NCBI GenBank assembly: GCA_024682995.1
Contig: JAIKYR010000153.1
Coordinates: forward strand, 1-61,937
Length of the DNA: 61,937 nucleotides
Source of the DNA: Bacteroidales bacterium
GTDB lineage: Bacteria; Bacteroidota; Bacteroidia; Bacteroidales; WCHB1-69
Direction: 5' to 3'
The translations under genes were made by a program, and so were the position numbers. Of the stretch, positions 35,801 through 43,806 are shown in pieces. The notes below the pieces were generated by a model. That model did not search any database. It was not told where the DNA came from and was given only the letters and a program-made list of their open reading frames with translations. How positions within the stretch are numbered: position 1 is the first letter of the stretch; each line of letters starts with the position of its first letter.

Positions 35801-38800
35801 TACCGTTGGGACAATGGCAGCACCGACGCCCGCATCGTGGTCTTCCCGACGACGCAGACCACCTACCGTGTGACGGGCACCAACAACACACCCTGTTCCA
35901 ACGACAACTCCTTCACCATAGCGGTGCGGGATCTGCCTGTGCCATCCATTACGGGCAACAACACCATCTGCCAAGGTGAGAATGTCGTCTTCGTCGCCAA
36001 CGGCGGACAGCAGTACCGCTGGTCCACAGGCGTGCAGGGCGACCGTATCACTGTCAGTGAGGCCAACACCTACAGTGTGACGGCCACCGACCAATATGGT
36101 TGTATGGGTTCGGCCACCCGCGACCTAACCGTCAACGAGCGGCCCAATGCGGTGATTTCCGGCAACACCCATTTCTGTGCCGGTCAGAGCAGCGCCCTCA
36201 CGGCCATGCCGAACAACTGCTCGTACCGTTGGAGCCATAACGACCAGACCCAGCAGACCGCAACCGTAACCGCCGGCGGCCACTACACGGTCACCGTGAC
36301 CAACAGCTATGGTTGTTCCAACACAGCCACCAAGGATGTCATCATGGATACTTTGCCCATCCTCAACATCACGGGCACATCTGCTATCTGCCTTGGCGAC
36401 ACTGCCGTGCTGATGGTCTCCGGGGCCAACAGTTACCATTGGGACAACGGCAGCACCGATGCCCGCATCATCGTCTTCCCGACCACGCAGACCACCTACC
36501 GTGTGACAGGTACCAACAACACACCTTGTTCCAACGAAAGCGCTTTCACCGTATCGGTACGTTCGCTGCCCACTCCGACTATCAGTGGAGGCAACGACAT
36601 CTGCCAGGGTGACAGTTCCCTCTTCATCGCCCTCGGCGGCAGCACCTACCAATGGTCCACGGGTACCACTGGCGACCGTATCACCGTGCGCAATGCCGAC
36701 ACCTATACGGTCACAGCCACCGACCAATACGGATGTAAGGGTACCGCCAACCGCAGCCTGACCGTGAACCGCACTCCGGATGTGCGCATCAACGGATCCT
36801 CGCTCTTCTGCCAAGGCCGTTCCACCACGCTGACTGCTGTGGGAGCATCCACATACGAGTGGCAGGAGACTGGCGACATCACCCAAAGCATCACCGTCAG
36901 CCAGCCGGGCACCTATACGGTCATCGGCACCAGCGACAAGGGATGCCGCGCCACCGCAAGCAAGAGCATTTCCACCACCCAGGTTTCCAACGTCTCCTTC
37001 TCCGGAAGCACCTCTTTCTGTCACGGACAGAGCACCACGCTGACCGTCATTGGTGACAACCAATACACTTACGATTGGAATAACGGATTGAGTACAAGCT
37101 CCATATCCATCACTACACCGGGTATCTACTCTGTCACCATCACGGATGCGCACAACTGCCAGAAGATACTGACCACCACCATCATTGAGAACCAGCTGCC
37201 CACGCCTGTCATTTCCGGAAACTTGGAGATTTGCGAAGGCAACACCACAAAGCTGACCGCTTCGGGTGGACAGACCTATCTCTGGGACGGCTATTTTACC
37301 ACCCCGTCCATTACGGTGAGCAATTCCGGCACCTACAATGTCACGGTCACCAACATCAACGGGTGTTCCGCTTCCACATCGGTGGACGTTACGGTGCATC
37401 CCAAGCCGACCATCCAAATCATGAGTAGCCGAGACCACGTGTGCAGCAGCAGCGAATCCATCACCCTGCGCGCCATCGTGCCGAACGGTGTCTCTTATTT
37501 CTGGAATACAGGACAAGAAACGCAGTCCATCACGGTGACACCGGGAACCACGAACACCTACAACGTATATGTTTTCGACAGTCACGGGTGTTCCAACACC
37601 TCCACCATTACCATTCAGGTGAGTCCGGAGATCACGCCGTTCATCACCGGCAATACATCCATCTGCCAGGGTAACAGCACCACGCTGATAGCTTCCAGCA
37701 ACGCTATCACGCCCGAATACCAATGGAGTACGCATCAGGCCAGCAACAGTATCACAGTCAACACGCCGGGAACCTACACAGTCACCGTCACGGACAATTC
37801 CGGCTGTACGGGTACGGCCAGTGTTGCGGTGAACGTCAATGACCTGCCCAACGCGATCATCAGCAACCGCACCACCATCTGTCAGGGCGACACCGCCACG
37901 CTAACGGTGCAGACCGACCCGAACTGCGCGGTGGTTTGGCGTACGGAGACGAGTGCCACCGATCTGAGCAACCAGAACACCTTGCGTGTGACGGAGCCCG
38001 GCATCTATATGGCGGTCATCACCAACAGCAACGGATGTTCGGTGGTCCGTTCCACGGAGGTGGTACGCAATCCAAAACCGCAGGTCAGCATCAGCGGCAA
38101 CACGCTTATCTGCCAAGGCAACAACACCACACTTTTTGCGGAGGGTGACTCCACGAACGACTACCAATGGGCTGCTGCCCACAATCGGGTACTGGAGGTT
38201 TCCACCCCCGGCACATACACGGTTACGGCGACCAACACCTACAACTGTTCCAGCACCGCCTCCGTCCAGGTGACGGTACGCGAGCTGCCCACGCCGTCCA
38301 TCAGCGGCATCTCGACCATCTGTCCCAACGGTTCCACCACCTTGACGGCCACTCCCGCCACCACCTACCGTTGGTCAACGGGTGACACCTTGGGCAGCAT
38401 CACGGTCTATCCCACTGCCGATACGGTCTATTCCGTCAGTGTCACCGACGAATACGGCTGTTCGGGCAGCACCTCCTATCCGGTGCATATCAGCCCGCTG
38501 CCGGTTGTCGCCATCAGCGGCCAGTTGGAATTCTGTTCCGGCAACAGCACCACGCTGACCGTCACGCCGGGCTACACCTACCTGTGGTCCACACAATCCA
38601 CTGCCAACAGCATCACCGTTTCGGATGCCAACACCTATACCGTCACAGCCTACAATGAGATCGGCTGCCAGAGCACCGCATCCGTCACCACAACAGTCCA
38701 TGCGCTGCCTGAGCTCAACTTCGGCATGCAGCATGACATCTGCAATGGCGAATCCTACACCTACGTGCTTCCTGCTGATTCCAACCTCTCCTATCTTTGG

Positions 38801-40876
38801 TCCAACAATGCCACGGGCAATACCCTGACAGTGCAGACCGCCGGCACCTATTCGGTGACTGTCACCAACCAATATGGCTGCAGCCGTTCGGCCTCCGACC
38901 AGCTGATTGTCCACAATCTGCCCACGCCGACCATCACAGGTGAGACATCCGTGTGCCGCGGGACTACCACCATGCTGTCCGTATCGGGCGGTACCCGCTA
39001 TCATTGGTCCACCAATGCCTATACCAACTTCATTCAGGTCACTCCGAACAACAACACCACCTACTCGGTGACGGCCTACAACGAATACAACTGCAGTGCC
39101 ACAGCCTATCACAGCATTGCCGTCAAGGTGTTGCCCAGCATCTTCTTCTCCGGTGAGACCACCTTCTGCGAAGGTTCCTCCACCAACATTACGGCCTCCG
39201 GCGGTTCCAACTGCACATGGAGCACGGGATCAAACAACAACACCATTACGGTCAGCACACCCGGCACCTATTCGGTGACTGTCACCAATCTGCAAGGATG
39301 CCAGAGTTCCGACACCATCTCGGTCCACACCCGTCCCAATCCTGTCGTCCAAATAAGCGGTTCCAGCATGATTTGTGCGGGCGGTTCCGTCACGTTGAAT
39401 GCCACGGGCGGCAGCACCTACGAGTGGAGTACGGGGTCCACGAACAACAGCACGACCGTTATGCCCACCGTCACCACTGACTATTCCGTGACGGGCTATG
39501 ACCAGTACGGCTGTTTCTCCACGGCGCACAAGACCGTCAACGTGGAGGCGTTGCCCGACATCCACATCAGCGGCACGAATGCCATCTGCTACGGCGACAG
39601 CACCACGTTCACCGTCACAGGCGGAAGCCAATACCATTGGAACACAGGAGCACAGGGTGACCACATCCGTGTTGCCAATGCGGGCAGCTACACCGTCACC
39701 GCCACCTCCACCAATGGCTGTTCTTCCTCTGAGAGCATCACGTTAACCCTTTATCCCACGCCGGTAGCCTCCATTACGGGTGCCACCTCGATATGTGAGA
39801 ACACCTCTGCCACGCTGATTGCCCAAGGCGGCGATTTCTACCATTGGAATACTGGCAGCACCAGTCCGACCCTGACCATCACCAGCGGAGGCACCTATAC
39901 GGTTGAGGTCTCTAACGGCTACGATTGTTCGTCCACAGCCTCCATCACCGTAACGGACCTCTCCGCTCCCACCCTATACCTTTCGGGTGCGGGCAGCATC
40001 TGCGAAGGCAGCGGCACGCATCTGGTTGCCTACGGCAACGCCGCCCAATACCAATGGAGCACGGGTGAGACCGGACAGGATGTCACCGTCACTCCGACGA
40101 CATCCACCCTGTATCACATCACCGCCACCAGTGCCAACGGATGCCTGAAGACCGACAGCCTATACCTTACGGTGAACCCCACCTATCATGTGGACATTCT
40201 CGGTTCCATTTGCGAAGGTGCCACCTACACCCAGAATGGCTTTGACATCCCAGCACAGAACGAGCCGGGCGTGTTCACCTTTGACCGAAACCTCTCCACC
40301 ATCCACGGGTGCGACAGCACTATCACGCTGACGCTTACCGTGAAGCCGCTGCCCGTGCTGCCAGATTCCATCACCGGCAACCCGCGCATCACGCATCACG
40401 GCAGCTACATCTTCTCCGTGGCGAGCACGCAATACGCCAACACCTTCGAATGGCGTGTCTCCAACCTCAACTGGACATTCAACACCAACACAAACCTCAA
40501 CACTATCACGTTGAATGTGGAGCAGAATGGTTCCGGCATCCTCACCGCCAAGGCCATCAACGAATGTGGCTTCCGCGAGGTCAGCCTGGACATCTACTGT
40601 AACGTCTCGGTGGACGAGTACACCAACGAGAGCAACATCCTGGTTTATCCTGTTCCCACCTATGACCAGCTGAACATCAACCTTGAGCAGGCCGGTGACA
40701 ATGTGGATAAGATTCTGATTTACGATTTGTCAGGACGAGTAATCCAAAGCGTGCCCGTCACAGAAAGCCTTGTGCGCATCAGCTGCGGACAATTTGCTGC
40801 CGGACAATACCTCATCCGCTTCCTCAATGCCGACGGGAAAACGGTGGACACCCGGAAGATTATCATCAGGAGATAA
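29819..40876 (+). CDS. Giant (3,685 aa) T9SS-secreted repeat protein / putative adhesin with type A C-terminal sorting domain
   Basis: A single uninterrupted ORF with signal peptide MRQKVLLQFLFACMLMMAGAPIYSLKAQ. Domain order: CUB-like region, Fn3, unnamed domain shared with 20251/22599, ~11 two-Cys repeats, ~34 Ig-like repeats. CTD: NILVYPVPTYDQLNINL...ILIYDLSGRVI...AGQYLIRFLNADGKTVDTRKIIIRR. Confidence 0.85.
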   Translation: MRQKVLLQFLFACMLMMAGAPIYSLKAQTDTIPVSGHNIVIGCSGYIVPTTDANGYCITNNNGSITINPPTGCGVHLDGSYIITDFTFNGVVEFKDHIYIYNGPSTSSPLLADATDAGYVNVTSTGPMTIKFTTNYMFQYNGFRLKYTCVAGCDCENDYPLAFSWSNDTLTVEWIPSQSGTSTGYTLEYGPDGFVPGTGTIISGITEQRYRITGLIAKNKYDFRLLYPCSGTSNAVTGSYTIPETVMCIDMQDLNRSNITCTYGGYGSTGSPYEHIGIVASHHNVVPRQSFDPYTGGLLQMIPDGETYSVKLGNALPAESESIAYTYTVDTTIGDIILLKYAAIMELPNHSLVSQPRFEIDVFDENGQPISFVNHEDFQLISSQDLGWNKFHYRSASGIFNGTRPLYDPHYVLWKDWTNIGFNVSAYHGQTITIRLTNRDCGEGAHWGFAYFNLGCQKQGTHCEYIRDTICANQLPQYKIAGYSFPKTGNYIIPVQAQDSTDSVIMRLELWVWDNHTDTVILADCSSEFPIQYAGKVTFRGETETTLSFSADTNGCPIFTHFKVTAYPSYNDTLPVHICKSELPYIFGNDTLDAPGLYTHSSSTEFGCDSILTIELMVHPVYYVNDTLTDTICSFYLPYPYGDSLFYETGIYDFDLHSAYGCDSAHIHLDLTVLKTHTDTLEYSVCQNDFPFELDSVNVFNEAGTFYIKHDDTLQCHDITVVILHSLPFHDDTLTVDLCDVELPFAFADSLFTETTVYTHFDTTLLGCDSNTTLVLNVHKTYTEVDTVEIQTCRADLPTLVRDSLLTEEGVYTFHALSEAGCDSITDIIRFTILEHPADTLELILCSNQFPYEYKDTLIDSAGTYLLRIPADSLGCDTFRLLTLREVPIYHDTLMVVTCANEPYVIGDSVFTVPGTYDVPMFSEYGCDSLITVFLKHNPVYHSETFEVAICVTDLPYIYGDSSFYTEGYHEIPYQTIHGCDSIIAINLTINPIIYNSDTLYHEICRNELPFMAFGRELNAEGTYTYVTSSLVTGCDSVFYYHLTVHDNPVVAIEGDNHLCEGSSTMLTVQPAMSAYQWNNGFTSQLMEIHQPGSYSVTVTDEHGCQSSAQKTVAAASLPNIQISGNQAICYGDSAVLTVSGGSSYRWESGSTNNRIVVYPTATTTYRVTGTDATPCSNESQFTVTVRNLPTPSISGNNVICQDDNTTFTVSNSQSYRWSTGATANHITVQQAGVYSVTVTDAHGCKGSTSRELTVNAKPEARISGASHFCSGESSVLKAEPTAAAYLWSYNDLSDQSITITEGGVYTVTVTNVHGCSNTASKTITIDTLPRIVITGDQIICKGESAVLTVSGADNYIWENGSSDNQITVYPTENTTYRVTGTNSTSCTNKNSFSISVKSLPVPTITSNKNAICRGDSAVLTASVGSLSAGSSYHWSNEKTTNKITIYDASTYTVTVTDPYGCQGTALYNLTVNENPNAVISGINHFCEGGQTTLKAMPDGCSYLWSHNGMSDQTITITSSGSYVVTVTNVAGCKSVASRDVTTDPLPIINITGNSAICMGDSAVLMVSGANTYRWDNGSTAARIVVHPTSETTYRVTGTNLTPCSNESAFTVSVRTLPTPTISGNNIICQGDNATFIANGGQHYSWSTGVQSDRITVSEANTYRVTATDQYGCKSTAIRDLTVNERPNVLISGNSHFCAGQSSTLKAMPNNCTYHWNHNEMTQQEITITNGGTYIVTVTNTYGCSNTMTKEVVLDTVPILNISGNAAVCLGDSAVLTVTGANTYRWDNGSTGARIIVVPTAQTTYRVTGTNNTPCSSDNSFTVSIRQLPTPTISGNNSICQGESSQFVATGGQQYRWSTGVQGDRITVSEANTYSVTATDQYGCKGTNTRDLTVHERPDALISGNSHFCAGQTGTLRAMPNNCTYRWSHDEQTQQNVTISSGGTYMVTVTNTYGCSNTASKEVVLDTVPILNITGTSAICIGDSAVLTVSGANTYRWDNGSTDARIVVFPTTQTTYRVTGTNNTPCSNDNSFTIAVRDLPVPSITGNNTICQGENVVFVANGGQQYRWSTGVQGDRITVSEANTYSVTATDQYGCMGSATRDLTVNERPNAVISGNTHFCAGQSSALTAMPNNCSYRWSHNDQTQQTATVTAGGHYTVTVTNSYGCSNTATKDVIMDTLPILNITGTSAICLGDTAVLMVSGANSYHWDNGSTDARIIVFPTTQTTYRVTGTNNTPCSNESAFTVSVRSLPTPTISGGNDICQGDSSLFIALGGSTYQWSTGTTGDRITVRNADTYTVTATDQYGCKGTANRSLTVNRTPDVRINGSSLFCQGRSTTLTAVGASTYEWQETGDITQSITVSQPGTYTVIGTSDKGCRATASKSISTTQVSNVSFSGSTSFCHGQSTTLTVIGDNQYTYDWNNGLSTSSISITTPGIYSVTITDAHNCQKILTTTIIENQLPTPVISGNLEICEGNTTKLTASGGQTYLWDGYFTTPSITVSNSGTYNVTVTNINGCSASTSVDVTVHPKPTIQIMSSRDHVCSSSESITLRAIVPNGVSYFWNTGQETQSITVTPGTTNTYNVYVFDSHGCSNTSTITIQVSPEITPFITGNTSICQGNSTTLIASSNAITPEYQWSTHQASNSITVNTPGTYTVTVTDNSGCTGTASVAVNVNDLPNAIISNRTTICQGDTATLTVQTDPNCAVVWRTETSATDLSNQNTLRVTEPGIYMAVITNSNGCSVVRSTEVVRNPKPQVSISGNTLICQGNNTTLFAEGDSTNDYQWAAAHNRVLEVSTPGTYTVTATNTYNCSSTASVQVTVRELPTPSISGISTICPNGSTTLTATPATTYRWSTGDTLGSITVYPTADTVYSVSVTDEYGCSGSTSYPVHISPLPVVAISGQLEFCSGNSTTLTVTPGYTYLWSTQSTANSITVSDANTYTVTAYNEIGCQSTASVTTTVHALPELNFGMQHDICNGESYTYVLPADSNLSYLWSNNATGNTLTVQTAGTYSVTVTNQYGCSRSASDQLIVHNLPTPTITGETSVCRGTTTMLSVSGGTRYHWSTNAYTNFIQVTPNNNTTYSVTAYNEYNCSATAYHSIAVKVLPSIFFSGETTFCEGSSTNITASGGSNCTWSTGSNNNTITVSTPGTYSVTVTNLQGCQSSDTISVHTRPNPVVQISGSSMICAGGSVTLNATGGSTYEWSTGSTNNSTTVMPTVTTDYSVTGYDQYGCFSTAHKTVNVEALPDIHISGTNAICYGDSTTFTVTGGSQYHWNTGAQGDHIRVANAGSYTVTATSTNGCSSSESITLTLYPTPVASITGATSICENTSATLIAQGGDFYHWNTGSTSPTLTITSGGTYTVEVSNGYDCSSTASITVTDLSAPTLYLSGAGSICEGSGTHLVAYGNAAQYQWSTGETGQDVTVTPTTSTLYHITATSANGCLKTDSLYLTVNPTYHVDILGSICEGATYTQNGFDIPAQNEPGVFTFDRNLSTIHGCDSTITLTLTVKPLPVLPDSITGNPRITHHGSYIFSVASTQYANTFEWRVSNLNWTFNTNTNLNTITLNVEQNGSGILTAKAINECGFREVSLDIYCNVSVDEYTNESNILVYPVPTYDQLNINLEQAGDNVDKILIYDLSGRVIQSVPVTESLVRISCGQFAAGQYLIRFLNADGKTVDTRKIIIRR
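29921..30274 (+). other. CUB-like domain region of the giant protein (approximate bounds)
   Basis: Residues ~35-152: ...CSGYIV...GSITINPPTGCGVHLDGSYIITDF...DHIYIYNGPSTSSPLL...VTSTGPMTIKFTTNYMFQYNGFRLKYTC follows the CUB motif order. Confidence 0.35.
30275..30520 (+). other. Fibronectin type III-like domain of the giant protein
   Basis: CDCENDYPLAFSWSNDTLTVEWIPSQSGTSTGYTLEYGPDGF...YRITGLIAKNKYDFRLLYPC. The same pattern recurs in the Fn3 units of the 52400 gene. Confidence 0.5.
30554..31204 (+). other. Unnamed ~217-aa domain shared with the two T9SS paralogues
   Basis: The motif order ...ETYSVKLGN / IAYTYTVDT / ILLKYAAIMELPNHSLVSQPRFEIDVFDENG / GQTITIRLTNRDCGEGAHWGFAYFNLGC parallels EDTVMRIGAH / MEYYFIPDT / LLVTYQCVLESPSHTWDYNPSVTIQVFESSN / KAVKFQLLMRGCCYSQHYSYLYFTAKM. 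Confidence 0.5.
31205..32962 (+). repeat. About 11 tandem ~53-aa two-cysteine repeats (coding)
   Basis: Recurrent unit DT....(I/L)C....(L/F)P(Y/F)..GD..........Y........GCDS......L.V.P, for example HICKSELPYIFGNDT...EFGCDSILTIELMVHP. One further copy follows the Ig array at about 40181-40330. Confidence 0.7.
32963..40180 (+). repeat. About 34 tandem ~71-aa Ig-like repeats (CHU_C-associated Ig-like type, coding)
   Basis: Unit: ISG...IC.G.S..L.A.G...Y.WS.G.....I.V...G.Y.V.V.D..GC......L.V...P. I counted 34 units by the conserved late GC/C motif. Confidence 0.75.
33170..36982 (+). repeat. Six tandem super-repeats, each three Ig-like units (211 aa, 633 nt)
   Basis: Copy starts are at 33170, 33803, 34454, 35087, 35720 and 36353, giving spacings of 633, 651, 633, 633 and 633 nt. 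Copies 3-6 are roughly 75-85% identical in protein by eye, with ~100-nt stretches over 90% identical in DNA. Confidence 0.8.
40634..40873 (+). other. T9SS type A C-terminal sorting domain
   Basis: The last 80 aa match the Por_Secre_tail pattern (see the CDS entry). Confidence 0.7.
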
Positions 40877-40944
40877 CATTGTTTCTTTTTCATGCTAAAA
40901 CAGCAATCATTTTTCATGATATCTAACTCTCAATCACAATTATA

Positions 40945-43782
40945 ATGGAATACAATTTTCGCGAAATCGAGGCCAAATGGCAGAAAATCTGGAAAGACTC
41001 CAACATCTACCAAACATCCATAGACCCGTCCAGACCGAAATACTACGTTTTGGACATGTTCCCCTACCCTTCGGGGGCCGGACTACATGTGGGCCATCCG
41101 CTGGGCTATATCGCTTCGGACATCTATGCGCGGTACAAGCGCCAGAAGGGGTTCAACGTGCTGCACCCGATGGGCTATGACGCCTTCGGCCTGCCGGCGG
41201 AGCAATACGCCATCCAGACCGGCCAGCATCCGGCCATCACCACCGAGAAGAACGTAAACCGCTATCGGGAGCAATTGGACAAGTTAGGATTCTCCTACGA
41301 CTGGAATCGCGAATTCAAGACCTGCGACCCCGACTACTACAAATGGACCCAATGGACCTTTATCCAGCTTTTCAACTCCTACTATTGTAACCAGGCAAAC
41401 CAAGCCCGTCCCATAGGCGAGTTGGTTGAGGCTTTTAAGACATCTGGGACAGACGGATTAGACGTGGCACAGACCAATCCGCTCTCTTTCACCGCAGATG
41501 AATGGAATGCAATGAGTGAGAAGGATCAGCAGGAGATTCTGATGAATTACCGTCTGGCCTATCTGGCTGACACATGGGTGAACTGGTGTGCCGGTTTGGG
41601 CACAGTGCTCGCCAACGACGAAGTGGTGAACGGCCTCTCCGTGCGCGGTGGCTTCCCGGTGGAACGCAAGCTGATGCGGCAATGGATCCTGCGTGTGTCC
41701 GCATACGCGGAACGTCTGCTTCAGGGTTTGGAACAGGTGGACTGGACCGACTCGCTCAAAGAGATCCAGCGCAACTGGATCGGACGCAGCGAGGGTGCCG
41801 CCATCTGGTTCCCATTAGCCGGTGAAGGACAATACGACTGGAAGAGACTCTACATGGGTGGCAACTTCGACGGACTGCAAAATGAGGTTTCGTTCGAGAT
41901 TTTCACCACCCGTCCTGACACCATCTTCGGGGTGACCTTCATGGTTCTTTGTCCTGAGCATGAGATGATTGAACGCATCACAACGCCGGAGCAGAAAGCC
42001 GAGGTGGAGGCATACGTCACGTGGGCCAAGAACCGTTCCGAGCGCGAACGCCAAGCCGAGGTCAAGAAGGTGAGCGGCGTGTTCACGGGCGCATATGCCA
42101 TTAACCCCATCACCGAGGAGCGCATCCCCATCTGGGTGAGCGACTACGTGCTGGCCGACTATGGCACGGGAGCCATCATGGCCGTGCCCGCGCATGACAG
42201 CCGCGACTTCGCCTTCGCACGCCATTTCAACCTGCCCATCCGCCAGGTAGTGGCACCCAACCCGAACGACTACAGCGACACCGACACCTGGGAGGAGAGC
42301 ATGGACAGCAAGACCGGCTATCTCGTCAATAGTGGTTTCATCAATGGCATGACCGTGAAAAAAGGCGGTAAGGCCGTCATTGACAAGGTCATCGAGATGG
42401 GCATCGGCTACGGCACGGTTAACTACCGCCTGCGCGATGCCATCTTCAGCCGCCAACGCTATTGGGGCGAGCCGTTCCCTATATATTATAAAGATGGTAT
42501 GCCCTATACGATCCCCGTTGAGGAGTTGCCAGTTGAGCTTCCCGAAATCGACGAGTTCAAGCCCACCGAGACTGGCGAGCCGCCATTGGCACGCGCCAAA
42601 GATTGGACCTACAACGGTTATCCCATGGAATACAACACCATGCCCGGATTCGCCGGCTCCAGCGGTTACTATCTGCGCTACATGGACCCGCACAACGACA
42701 AGGAATATTTCTCCAAGGAGGCCAACCAGTACTGGCGCGATGTGGATCTTTACGTGGGTGGTGCCGAACACGCCACCGGCCACCTCATCTACTCCCGTTT
42801 CTGGAACAAGTTCCTGTTCGACATCGGCTTAAGCTGCGAGGAGGAGCCTTTCAAGAAACTCATCAACCAAGGTATGATCCAAGGCCGTTCCAACTTCGTA
42901 TATCGCATTGTGGGCACCAACCAGTATGTATCCAACGGTTTGAAGAAAGATTATGATGTCACGCCTATCCATGTGGATGTGAATATTGTGAAAAACGACA
43001 TTTTAGACATAGAAGCCTTTAAGAATTGGATGCCGGACTTTGCCGATGCGGAGTTCATTTTGGAAAACGGCCAATACATCTGCGGATGGGAGGTAGAGAA
43101 GATGTCAAAATCCAAGTACAACGTCCAGAATCCGGATGACTTGGTGGAGAAATACGGAGCCGACACATTACGTATGTATGAAATGTTCCTCGGCCCCATC
43201 GAGATGGCCAAGCCTTGGGACACCAATGGCATCGAGGGTGTTTCCCGTTTTATAAAAAAATTCTGGAAACTCTTCTTCAACCGCGACAACGAGTGGTGTG
43301 TCACCGACGACGAGCCCACGCGGGCCGAGTACAAGTCGCTGCACAAGACCATCAAGAAGATTGAGGAGGACAACGAGAAGTTCTCCTTCAACACGGCTAT
43401 CAGCGCCTTCATGATCTGCACCAACGAGCTGACGGATGCCCATTGCAGCAAACGCAAGATCCTTGAGCCGCTTTGCATCCTCCTGTCGGCCTACGCACCG
43501 CACATCACCGAAGAGCTCTGGGCGCAACTTGGCCACAGCGACTCCATCGTCACGGCAGCCTTCCCGACGTATGATGCCTCTTATATGGAAGAAACGGACT
43601 TCACCTATCCAGTCTCTTTCAACGGCAAGATGCGCGTGAAGCTCAGCTTCCCTGTCACCTACACGCAGAAGGAAATCGAGCCCATCCTGCTGGCCAACGC
43701 CGACGTGCAGCGCTGGCTCGACGGCAAAGAGCCCAAGAAGATCATCATCGTACCCAAACGCATCATCAACATCGTCCTGTAG
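40945..43782 (+). CDS. leuS: Leucine--tRNA ligase
   Basis: 945 aa. [24 protein letters not shown] (HIGH), KMSKS (EKMSKSKYN). Confidence 0.95.
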   Translation: MEYNFREIEAKWQKIWKDSNIYQTSIDPSRPKYYVLDMFPYPSGAGLHVGHPLGYIASDIYARYKRQKGFNVLHPMGYDAFGLPAEQYAIQTGQHPAITTEKNVNRYREQLDKLGFSYDWNREFKTCDPDYYKWTQWTFIQLFNSYYCNQANQARPIGELVEAFKTSGTDGLDVAQTNPLSFTADEWNAMSEKDQQEILMNYRLAYLADTWVNWCAGLGTVLANDEVVNGLSVRGGFPVERKLMRQWILRVSAYAERLLQGLEQVDWTDSLKEIQRNWIGRSEGAAIWFPLAGEGQYDWKRLYMGGNFDGLQNEVSFEIFTTRPDTIFGVTFMVLCPEHEMIERITTPEQKAEVEAYVTWAKNRSERERQAEVKKVSGVFTGAYAINPITEERIPIWVSDYVLADYGTGAIMAVPAHDSRDFAFARHFNLPIRQVVAPNPNDYSDTDTWEESMDSKTGYLVNSGFINGMTVKKGGKAVIDKVIEMGIGYGTVNYRLRDAIFSRQRYWGEPFPIYYKDGMPYTIPVEELPVELPEIDEFKPTETGEPPLARAKDWTYNGYPMEYNTMPGFAGSSGYYLRYMDPHNDKEYFSKEANQYWRDVDLYVGGAEHATGHLIYSRFWNKFLFDIGLSCEEEPFKKLINQGMIQGRSNFVYRIVGTNQYVSNGLKKDYDVTPIHVDVNIVKNDILDIEAFKNWMPDFADAEFILENGQYICGWEVEKMSKSKYNVQNPDDLVEKYGADTLRMYEMFLGPIEMAKPWDTNGIEGVSRFIKKFWKLFFNRDNEWCVTDDEPTRAEYKSLHKTIKKIEEDNEKFSFNTAISAFMICTNELTDAHCSKRKILEPLCILLSAYAPHITEELWAQLGHSDSIVTAAFPTYDASYMEETDFTYPVSFNGKMRVKLSFPVTYTQKEIEPILLANADVQRWLDGKEPKKIIIVPKRIINIVL

Positions 43783-43806
43783 CGGCATTCCACATCACAC
43801 CATCGC

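Noticed and set aside
33170-36982. The periodic repeats as a possible CRISPR array or satellite.
   Set aside because: The period is 633 nt, the copies are diverged, there is no repeat-spacer structure, and the region is entirely in frame within a coding sequence.
32903-39664. Long antisense and off-frame ORFs inside the giant gene, for example 33869-36094 (741 aa), 36125-37735 (536 aa), 32903-33760 (285 aa), 38375-39112 (245 aa) and 39230-39664.
   Set aside because: They are low-complexity G/R/V/D/A-rich mirror images of the Ig-repeat codons. They have no signal peptides or recognisable motifs and they repeat with the same 633-nt period. The plus-strand frame is continuous from signal peptide to T9SS CTD.
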